DNA of 31,306 bases, from assembly GCA_037439545.1 (NCBI GenBank), contig JBBIVV010000025.1, positions 1 to 31,306 of the forward strand, in the 5' to 3' direction. Within the stretch, counting starts at the first letter, position 1. Each line of letters opens with the position of its first letter. The stretch comes from a bacterium. GTDB lineage: Bacteria; JAMCPX01. The position numbers and the translations under genes were made by a program. This document shows, piece by piece, positions 19,124 through 29,315 of this stretch. Under the pieces are notes generated by a model, which did not search any database, was not told the origin of the DNA, and was given only the letters and a program-made list of their open reading frames with translations.

Positions 19124-19402
19124 TCAGGCAGCGCTCCACTTTATCAGGACGATGCCATGTTTGTAGATGAGCTGTTTCCCGTCATTATCAAGAATGATGG
19201 AGTAGTTATCGAAAGCAGTTATCTCTCCCCGGACAACAGTGCCCGATAACAGCTCCACGGAAACTACGGCTTTATCCTTTCTCAGTTGATTCAGCAGTTG
19301 GTCCTGTATATTTATTGACTGGACTTTATGTACGTTGGTTTCCTGCTGCACCTTGATGTTTTCGTTATTCCTGTTTTTTTGAAACTCTCCTATCTTTGCC
19401 AT
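19124..19402 (-). CDS. hfq: RNA chaperone Hfq (divergent)
   Basis: QD..LN.LR helix, G.I..FD.Y Sm1 and IYKH Sm2 motifs; hfq-hflX synteny; SD GGAGG before ATG 19402 (92 aa). Confidence 0.9.
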   Translation of the reverse strand: MAKIGEFQKNRNNENIKVQQETNVHKVQSINIQDQLLNQLRKDKAVVSVELLSGTVVRGEITAFDNYSIILDNDGKQLIYKHGIVLIKWSAA

Positions 19403-19412
19403 AATCCCTCCA

Positions 19413-22400
19413 TTATTGCTTATGAGAATATATCTTTGCTTCACCAAGGATATCTTTTATCTCTGTAAAAAATCTCTGGTCCGGTGTTATTTTCAGATAA
19501 TCAGGGAGTTCAATGATGTATTCCTTCCTGCCCTCTCTTACATAGTCAAAATATACTTTTGTTGTTCCCCTGTGTTTATTGAAACAATCCTTTATCATAA
19601 ACAGCGCTTCATCCGTAAGTCCGCTGAAATTTGCCTCTATGTGCACCTCGTCGACAAGATTCGATGCAGCCTGATCTATGGAAAAGATCTTTTCTGCAAT
19701 AACCTTTACCGTGCTCTCCGCTTCATCGATATTTTCATCGTTTCTTTCTTCAACCCTTACCGTGCCTCTTACAATCATCGGCTTGTTGCTCTTCATGGTA
19801 TCTCTGATACCGCTGTACACCTTTGAGAAAATGACAACCTCAACACTGTCCTCATCATCGGACAGGGTGCCGAAGGCCATGAGCTCTTCCGACTTTTTTA
19901 CTTTAATTTCCTTAATCGATGTCATCATACCGCCTATGGTGACGGATTCTCCATCCTTTTCTATGAGATCACCTATGGCAATATTCGTGAATTTCCCAAG
20001 CTCGGAGCTGTAATTCCGCAACGGCGTGCCCGATATATAAACATCGAGGAGTTCCTTTTCGTATGCCAGTTTTTCAAGCTCGTTCCACTCCTGCACATCC
20101 TCGGGCTGTTCCCGGTAAAGAAGTTTGTCCGTCTTGAACAACTGGTTCTGATCCTGCGACATGCTCATCCTGCCGGCCTGAGCATAAGAACTTTCAAGAC
20201 TGGCAAACAATGCTGCCCTGGCACTACCGGTAAAATCAAATGCGCCCGACTTTATAAGGCTCTCGACGACCTTCCGGTTTACCTTTGACTGATCCACCCT
20301 TACGAGAAAATCCCAGAATGATTCGAACGCCTGTTCCTTTCTTGTTCTGAGGATCGAGTCAATGGCCGCTTCGCCGACATTCTTAATCGCAAGGAACCCG
20401 AACCGTATTTTGCCCTGTTCGATCGAAAAATCTTTATTCGACCTGTTTATGTCCGGGCCGAGCACCGGTATGCCGAGTTTTTTGCAGTAATTGATATAGT
20501 GCGACAGCTTCGATGACTGCTGGCTTTTCTTCGTAGCTGTATTTGAAAGGTTAGCGGTAAGGAATTCTATCGGATAATATGCCTTGAGGTATGACGTCCA
20601 TATGGCGACGATCGCGTAAGCTGCACTGTGTGATTTGTTAAATGCGTACTCCGCAAAGCCCTTAAGTTGAGAGAATATTTCTTCCGCGTCCTTCTTCTTC
20701 ATGCCTTTGCCGACCGCACCCTTGACAAATTTTTCATGGAGGATAGGGAACTCTTCCCCCTCTTTTTTGGAGATGACCTTCCTTACGTAATCTGCCTCTT
20801 CAAGGCTGAAGCCCGCTATCTCGCTCGCTATCCTCATAACCTGCTCCTGATACACGATAACACCGTACGTCTCCTTCAGAATGTCGTTCAGCGCGGGGAT
20901 CTTGTTTGCGGTAACGCCTTTCTCCTTGTTCTTCACAAAATCGTCTATGAATTGAATGGGCCCCGGCCTGTACATCGCGTTCACGGCAATGATATCGTCG
21001 ATCTTCGACGGCTTGACCTTCTTCAGCGTGTTCTGCATGCCGGAGCTCTCGAGCTGGAACAGCGCAACGCTGTCACCCTTCTGCATGGCTTCATACAGCT
21101 TCGGATCATCGAGGTCTATGGTGTTCAGGTCTACGTCGATGTTCCGGTACTGCTTTACGAGGGACTTCGTCTTGTCGATGACCGACATCGTCGCGAGCGC
21201 AAGCAGGTCGAATTTTATCAGGCCCGTCTTTTCCAGGTATTTTCCCTCAAACCCGGTTACGATATTGCCGCTTTTATCCTTGTACAGCGGTAGGTATTCG
21301 TAGAGCGGTTTGTCCGAGATGACGACACCGCTCGCATGGAGAGATTTGTCCCTCAGCAGGTCTTCGAGCTTCAGCGCGATTTCGAGCATTTCCCTGATCT
21401 TTTCGTCCTTTGCAGCCATTTCCTCAAGCTGGGGAATGACCTTGACAGCTTTCGTGAGAGGCATATTCTGGGGGATCATCTTGGCTATACCATCAACGAT
21501 ACTGAGGGGTATATCAAGTACCCGTCCTGCATCCCGGACAACTCCCCTTGACTGAAGTGTGTGGAACGATGTTATTCTCGCAACCTTTTCAGAACCATAT
21601 TTTTCTTTCAGATAGTCTACGACCTGATCCCGCTTGTCCGCACAGAAATCGATGTCGATATCAGGCATGCTTATCCTGCTCTTGTTCAGGAACCGCTCGA
21701 AGTAAAGCCCGTATTTTATCGGGTCTATCCCTGTTATACCAATGCTGTACGCTACCAGGCTCCCGGCAGCAGAACCTCTTCCCGGACCTACCGGTATGTC
21801 ATGAGCCCTTGCATAGTCGATCATGTCCTTCACGATCAGAAAATAACCCGAGAACTTCATCTGCCGGATCGTATCGAGTTCATGCGCAAGCCTGTCCCTG
21901 TATTGCTGCTCATGTGCCTTTATATGTGCATTGCGTTCCACCAGCCCGTCCAGGACAGTATTGGAAAATGACGCAAGCAGCGTGTCATAATCCTTGCTGC
22001 CCTCTATCGTTATCTCCGGAAAGTGGAATGTACCGAGCTCGATCTCGAGGTTACACCTGCCCGCTATTTCCCAGGTAGATTCAAGTGCATCCGGGTGTGA
22101 TGAGAACGCCTTTGCCATCTCCTCCTGCGTTTTCAGGTAAAGATCCTGAGTCGTGAACCTCAGCCTGTCGGGGTCCGTTAATTTCTTTTTTGTCTGTATA
22201 CAGAGCAGCGCATCATGAGATTTTGCATCGGAGCTGTCAAGGTAATGGACGTCGTTCGTTGCAACGACAGGAATATGGAGATTCCTGGAAAGGTCATACA
22301 ATAAATTATTTACCACTGCCTGTTCTTTGATGCCGTTTGACTGTACTTCAAGAAAAAAATCGTCTTTGAATATTTCCCGGTACTGTTCTGCTGCTGCAAT

Positions 22401-22865
22401 CGCCTCCGCTATGTTGCCCGACAGTAGTTTTGACGGGATCTCGCCGTGCAGGCATGCCGACATTGCGACCAGTCCTTCATGGTTTTCAGAAAGCAGGGTT
22501 TTATCTATTCGCGGTTTTCCATAAAAGCCTTCGACATGTGCAATACTGGCAAGCTTCAAAAGGTTTTTGTAACCTTTTTGGTCTTTTGCGAGTAGAACGA
22601 TGTGATACAATTCCGACTTTGCATTCTTATTTTTTATCGTATCGTTGGTAATGTATGTTTCGATGCCGATAATCGGCTTTATGCCTGCTTCGCGCATATG
22701 CAGATAGAAATCGATAGCGCCGAACATATTACCGTGATCCGTCATTGCTGCTGCTGTCATACCGTAGGACTTGAGTCTCTCTGCAAGCCGGTCAATATGT
22801 ACAGCGCCGTCGAGCAGGCTATATTTCGTATGCAGGTGCAGGTGTACAAAATTATAAGACGACAT
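19413..22865 (-). CDS. dnaE: DNA polymerase III alpha subunit
   Basis: PHP domain (HLHLHT, TDHG, NDVHY), GRGSAAGS, MPDIDIDF, KFD, YQEQ, FNKSH, clamp motif QNQLF, OB fold; SD GGGAG before ATG 22865. Confidence 0.97.
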   Translation of the reverse strand: MSSYNFVHLHLHTKYSLLDGAVHIDRLAERLKSYGMTAAAMTDHGNMFGAIDFYLHMREAGIKPIIGIETYITNDTIKNKNAKSELYHIVLLAKDQKGYKNLLKLASIAHVEGFYGKPRIDKTLLSENHEGLVAMSACLHGEIPSKLLSGNIAEAIAAAEQYREIFKDDFFLEVQSNGIKEQAVVNNLLYDLSRNLHIPVVATNDVHYLDSSDAKSHDALLCIQTKKKLTDPDRLRFTTQDLYLKTQEEMAKAFSSHPDALESTWEIAGRCNLEIELGTFHFPEITIEGSKDYDTLLASFSNTVLDGLVERNAHIKAHEQQYRDRLAHELDTIRQMKFSGYFLIVKDMIDYARAHDIPVGPGRGSAAGSLVAYSIGITGIDPIKYGLYFERFLNKSRISMPDIDIDFCADKRDQVVDYLKEKYGSEKVARITSFHTLQSRGVVRDAGRVLDIPLSIVDGIAKMIPQNMPLTKAVKVIPQLEEMAAKDEKIREMLEIALKLEDLLRDKSLHASGVVISDKPLYEYLPLYKDKSGNIVTGFEGKYLEKTGLIKFDLLALATMSVIDKTKSLVKQYRNIDVDLNTIDLDDPKLYEAMQKGDSVALFQLESSGMQNTLKKVKPSKIDDIIAVNAMYRPGPIQFIDDFVKNKEKGVTANKIPALNDILKETYGVIVYQEQVMRIASEIAGFSLEEADYVRKVISKKEGEEFPILHEKFVKGAVGKGMKKKDAEEIFSQLKGFAEYAFNKSHSAAYAIVAIWTSYLKAYYPIEFLTANLSNTATKKSQQSSKLSHYINYCKKLGIPVLGPDINRSNKDFSIEQGKIRFGFLAIKNVGEAAIDSILRTRKEQAFESFWDFLVRVDQSKVNRKVVESLIKSGAFDFTGSARAALFASLESSYAQAGRMSMSQDQNQLFKTDKLLYREQPEDVQEWNELEKLAYEKELLDVYISGTPLRNYSSELGKFTNIAIGDLIEKDGESVTIGGMMTSIKEIKVKKSEELMAFGTLSDDEDSVEVVIFSKVYSGIRDTMKSNKPMIVRGTVRVEERNDENIDEAESTVKVIAEKIFSIDQAASNLVDEVHIEANFSGLTDEALFMIKDCFNKHRGTTKVYFDYVREGRKEYIIELPDYLKITPDQRFFTEIKDILGEAKIYSHKQ

Positions 22866-22870
22866 CGATG

Positions 22871-24403
22871 CTACTCCCACTCTATGGTGCTTGGAGGCTT
22901 GGAACTGATGTCATACACAACCCTGTTTATTCCATGGATCTCGCTGATGACCCTTGCTGACAGCCTGTCTAAAAGCTCGTGCGGCAGTCTTGCCCAGTCC
23001 GCAGTCATTGCATCATTGCTGTTGACCGCCCTTACCGCAACTACATATTCATAAGTCCTTTCATCACCCATGATACCCACGGTCTTTATCGGTAAAAGCA
23101 CGGCAAAATACTGCCAGAGCGTTTTTGATTCTGGCGACTTATCTATCTCTTCCCGTACAATTCTGTCGGCTTTTTTAAGCATGTCTATGCGGGCTTGCTT
23201 GATCTCACCCAGTATCCTTATGCTGAGTCCCGGCCCGGGGAAAGGCTGTCTCGAGAGGATTGCACCGGGAATGCCGAGCATCTTTCCTATGGAGCGCACC
23301 TCATCCTTAAAAAGCAGCCGTAAAGGTTCAAGCACTTTTAATTTCATGATCTTGGGCAACCCGCCTACATTGTGATGGCTCTTGATTGTCTGTGAAGGCC
23401 CTACATATGATATGCTTTCGATAACATCAGGATACAGCGTGCCTTGCAGGAGCCATTTTATGTCCTTGCTGCGGGCATGTTTTTCGAAAACATCAATAAA
23501 TGCCTTGCCGATGATTTTTCTTTTCTTTTCAGGATCGACAACACCTTTTAACCTTTTGAGGAACAGTGAAGAAGCATCGACATACCGGACATGAAGCCCC
23601 ATTTCCCGGAACACTGCCATAACCTCTTCCGGCTCTCCCTCGCGTAGTAAACCATTATTTATAAATACAAGTTTTAGCCTGCTGCCTATTGCCCGCTGGG
23701 TAAGAACCGAAGCTACTGTCGAGTCCACGCCTCCGCTTATGGCACCTATAACATGATCATTCCCGACAGTCTGCTGTATATCCTTCGTTGTGCTGTCTAT
23801 AAACCCGCCCAGGTTCCATTTCTCTTTTATATTACAGCAGGCGGTAAAGTTTCTAAGGATCTGCATGCCTTCAGCCGTATGCGACACCTCGGGATGAAAC
23901 TGAAGCCCGAATATATGTCTCGTGTTGTGTTGAAAACCGGCTATAGGCGAATTCCCCGATGAAGCAATCAGTTTAAATCCCTGGGGAAGTTGTTCTATTC
24001 GATCGGAATGACTCATCCAAACAGTGTGTTTTGACGAAGCAGAAAGGTGCTTGAACAACGGGGATTCATTCATCACGTCAATCTCGGCCCTGCCGTATTC
24101 CCTTGTCTTCGATCTTTGAACGACACCGCCGAATTCGTGCGTTATGTACTGCATACCGTAGCATATACCGAGGACAGGCAGATCTATATCAAGCACTGTT
24201 TTGTCCGGTTTTGGCGCTCCTTTCTGATAAACGCTGTAAGGGCTTCCTGAAAGTATTACACCCTTTGCGTTAAGCTCTTTTATTCGTTCCCATGGAGTAT
24301 TATAAGGCAGGATTTGAGAATAAATACCAAGTTCTCTTATCCTTCTTGATATAAGCTGGGTATACTGAGAACCAAAATCCAGAATAACAATAGATTCAAT
24401 CAT
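22871..24403 (-). CDS. guaA: GMP synthase (glutamine-hydrolysing)
   Basis: DFGSQY, GICYGMQ, QFHPEV, SGGVDS, IKSHHNVGGLP and KPPSTIEWE motifs. Confidence 0.98.
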   Translation of the reverse strand: MIESIVILDFGSQYTQLISRRIRELGIYSQILPYNTPWERIKELNAKGVILSGSPYSVYQKGAPKPDKTVLDIDLPVLGICYGMQYITHEFGGVVQRSKTREYGRAEIDVMNESPLFKHLSASSKHTVWMSHSDRIEQLPQGFKLIASSGNSPIAGFQHNTRHIFGLQFHPEVSHTAEGMQILRNFTACCNIKEKWNLGGFIDSTTKDIQQTVGNDHVIGAISGGVDSTVASVLTQRAIGSRLKLVFINNGLLREGEPEEVMAVFREMGLHVRYVDASSLFLKRLKGVVDPEKKRKIIGKAFIDVFEKHARSKDIKWLLQGTLYPDVIESISYVGPSQTIKSHHNVGGLPKIMKLKVLEPLRLLFKDEVRSIGKMLGIPGAILSRQPFPGPGLSIRILGEIKQARIDMLKKADRIVREEIDKSPESKTLWQYFAVLLPIKTVGIMGDERTYEYVVAVRAVNSNDAMTADWARLPHELLDRLSARVISEIHGINRVVYDISSKPPSTIEWE

Positions 24404-24418
24404 AAAGATTATTATCGA

Positions 24419-26980
<2,562 letters not shown>

Positions 26981-26984
<4 letters not shown>

Positions 26985-27439
26985 TTTATTATCTCCTTTA
27001 ATGATTCAGGATTATTAAAAGTATGAACAAAATACTGCGTTATGTTCAATAGGACCTGATACGCTGCATGTATATTGTTATTCACAAGTTTATTAAAGCT
27101 GTCTTTGGTTATGGTTATAAGTTCTACAGGTATTTTTGCCTTGACTGTCACAAGCCTGTTACCTTCCACATTGTCTTTATGAAACAAAGACATTATTCCA
27201 AGCACATCGCCTGCTCCGAGTTCGCCTATCAAAACTTCTTTGCCCTCTGCCGTATCCTTCATTACATCCACACTGCCCGATACAATCACGAACAGGGCAT
27301 CGGCAGGCGCTCCTTCTGCAAATATCACTGTTTCTGCCGGAACACTTAACGTTTCTGCAATACTTGCGAGGATGTTTATAATCCTTTCTTCAGCCCCTTT
27401 GAAAAGCATGTTTTCCTTTAAGACTTTAACCGTGTTCAT
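26981..27439 (-). CDS. Stand-alone cyclic nucleotide-binding domain protein
   Basis: LF..., IFAEG...DALFVIVSGSV and G.GDVLG...R..TV.A cNMP-binding pattern; no HTH; ATGA overlap with the LysM gene. Confidence 0.88.
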
Positions 27440-27516
27440 ACACTTTTATATATTTATCTTAATCCTTAAAATTATCAAGTAATCAGTACCGATACCTCTA
27501 TGATGAGTTGTCTTAT

Positions 27517-27544
27517 ATCATAACATGTAAGGCCGGTCTATGAA
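27517..27544 (-). promoter_or_regulatory. Possible promoter of the long minus-strand operon
   Basis: Minus strand TTCATA, 16-bp spacer, extended -10 TGnTATGAT, about 78 bp upstream of the cNMP gene. Confidence 0.35.
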
Positions 27545-27584
27545 ATAGCCTGCGGGTGATTAGCCTTCAATAATTGTATCGGCA

Positions 27585-28100
27585 TCAATATCCGGTTTTT
27601 ATGTAGTAAGCGGTAAATTCCACATAGTTCCTTGATGAATCTATGATATAATCGATGTCCTCCTGTGTCAGCTCTCTCTTTACGACTGCAGGCACTCCTG
27701 CAACAAGGGTGCCGGGCGGGACAATCATACCCTCCTTTACCACACTGCCTGCCGCCACTATGGACTGTTCTCCAACAACAGAGCCGTCCAATAGAATGGC
27801 GCCCATACCTATGAGACACCTGCTTTTTATCCTGCAGCCATGGATAATTGCACCATGACCTATGGTAACATCATCGCCTATGAACAGCGGATAGGTCTGA
27901 TGCGTCACATGCAATACACAGTTATCCTGTATATTGGTCCTTGCTCCTATTCTGATATAATTTTCATCACCCCGCACCACTGCATGAAACCAGGCAGAGC
28001 TGTTCTCTCCGATAACGACATCACCTATAATAACAGCGTTGCCGGCAACATACACGCTCTTATGGACATCCGGTAATTTTCCTTTGTAATCTAATTTCAT
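27585..28100 (-). CDS. Gamma carbonic anhydrase family (YrdA/PaaY-like) hexapeptide-repeat protein
   Basis: RGD.N.I.IG..TNIQD...H and IGH...HGC Zn-ligand motifs; left-handed beta-helix repeats. Confidence 0.93.
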   Translation of the reverse strand: MKLDYKGKLPDVHKSVYVAGNAVIIGDVVIGENSSAWFHAVVRGDENYIRIGARTNIQDNCVLHVTHQTYPLFIGDDVTIGHGAIIHGCRIKSRCLIGMGAILLDGSVVGEQSIVAAGSVVKEGMIVPPGTLVAGVPAVVKRELTQEDIDYIIDSSRNYVEFTAYYIKTGY

Positions 28101-28269
28101 ATTTTCACCCTTGACTATATGCTTAACATGAGTTTATCTATATTGTAAACCAAGTTAGGAATCCGGGGCTTTACACCTTGCATTCCTATGATGGACCCGC
28201 GGTTTTTTTACGCTATAAACCCTCTTATGGCTCAACTTTTATAAGTGAAAAACCGCAAAGGAGATTTTC

Positions 28270-28824
28270 ATGAAAATATATATCATCTTGCTTGTAATAA
28301 CAATAAGTTTAATGAACGCGCATAGTGCTCTTTCCGACCAGGGACAGGTATCTTTGACCTTGAATCCAGGATTCACGGTTTTCACAAAAAACAACACCTA
28401 TAAGTTCAACAATGGCCCAAAGGCCGATATCGGCATTGGCTATGATACGTCGGATGAATCGAGTGCAAGCTTTGTCTTAGGAGCGAACAGGTTTGTCAAT
28501 TCCGTTGATACGGACATATCGATGAATCTCCTGTATGCCGGGATGTCTTTAAAGCAATACCTGAGCAACGGCGTATCCAAAGGTTATCTCACTGGCGGAC
28601 TGAATTTCGATTATGCGAACTTTTCGGGCACGCCGTCCGCGTCTTCAAATATGTCGAGACCTGCTGACGATGCCGGGATCGGGTTCAATGCCGGAGCAGG
28701 GGTGGATATAATGGCATCATCGGGTTTTTTCTTTGGTCCTGTGCTGAAATATGAGGGCATCATACTATCAAAAACCTATTTAAGTATGATAACTCTCCAG
28801 TTATCCGCAGGACTTTTATTTTAA
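28270..28824 (+). CDS. Small outer-membrane beta-barrel protein
   Basis: Signal peptide, amphipathic strands (YLTGGL, GFNAGAGVD), C-terminal Phe, SD AGGAG. Confidence 0.78.
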   Translation: MKIYIILLVITISLMNAHSALSDQGQVSLTLNPGFTVFTKNNTYKFNNGPKADIGIGYDTSDESSASFVLGANRFVNSVDTDISMNLLYAGMSLKQYLSNGVSKGYLTGGLNFDYANFSGTPSASSNMSRPADDAGIGFNAGAGVDIMASSGFFFGPVLKYEGIILSKTYLSMITLQLSAGLLF

Positions 28825-28834
28825 AGGAGGTCAT

Positions 28835-29170
28835 ATGAAACAAAAGATTTTAGTGATAATTTCGACGGAAAATAAGTTAAAGGCGCTCAGTGCGCTCGTA
28901 TTTGCACAGACCAGCATAAAGAACAACAGATTCGAGGACACCAAACTCATATTGTTCGGACCGAGTGAAAAATTGGTTTCCGGGGATCCCGCACTTCAAA
29001 ACATAGTGTCGGACATTGTCGCGATGAAGGGCGAACCAGTTGCTTGCAAATTCATATCAGACATGGAGAATATAAGCACCAAGCTTACCTCTATTGGTTT
29101 CAAACTGGAATACGTCGGCGACCCTATCGGACAGTTCATCAATGACGGTTATATCCCGATGGTGTTCTGA
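28835..29170 (+). CDS. DsrE-family protein
   Basis: 111 aa; LILFGPSEKL, PVACK with a single Cys, and VG..I...I..GY....F C-terminus; strong SD AGGAGGT. Confidence 0.75.
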   Translation: MKQKILVIISTENKLKALSALVFAQTSIKNNRFEDTKLILFGPSEKLVSGDPALQNIVSDIVAMKGEPVACKFISDMENISTKLTSIGFKLEYVGDPIGQFINDGYIPMVF

Positions 29171-29188
29171 CCTGTAGTATATTGTCGG

Positions 29189-29235
29189 GTCATTCCTGCA
29201 AAACTTGTCCTCGTGAAAACGGGGAGCAGGAATCC
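29189..29235. repeat. REP/RS3-like palindromic element (GTCATTCCYGC...GCRGGAATCC) between convergent genes; may aid termination
   Basis: ATTCCTGC (29192-29199) pairs with GCAGGAAT (29226-29233), enclosing the hairpin TCCTCGT-GAAA-ACGGGGA. Confidence 0.7.
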
Positions 29236-29315
29236 GGTAAGATTCGTTTCTGCGGTTTTCAAGAAGAGCCGGTTTAAAACCCGCCTCTGTAAAACATGCC
29301 CGGTCTTTCCCGGGT

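Noticed and set aside
20667..21293. 208-aa + strand ORF inside dnaE
   Set aside because: Antisense shadow of codon bias; no recognisable motifs.
19413..22865. Intein or split in dnaE
   Set aside because: Normal length (~1150 aa), continuous frame, no intein terminal motifs seen.
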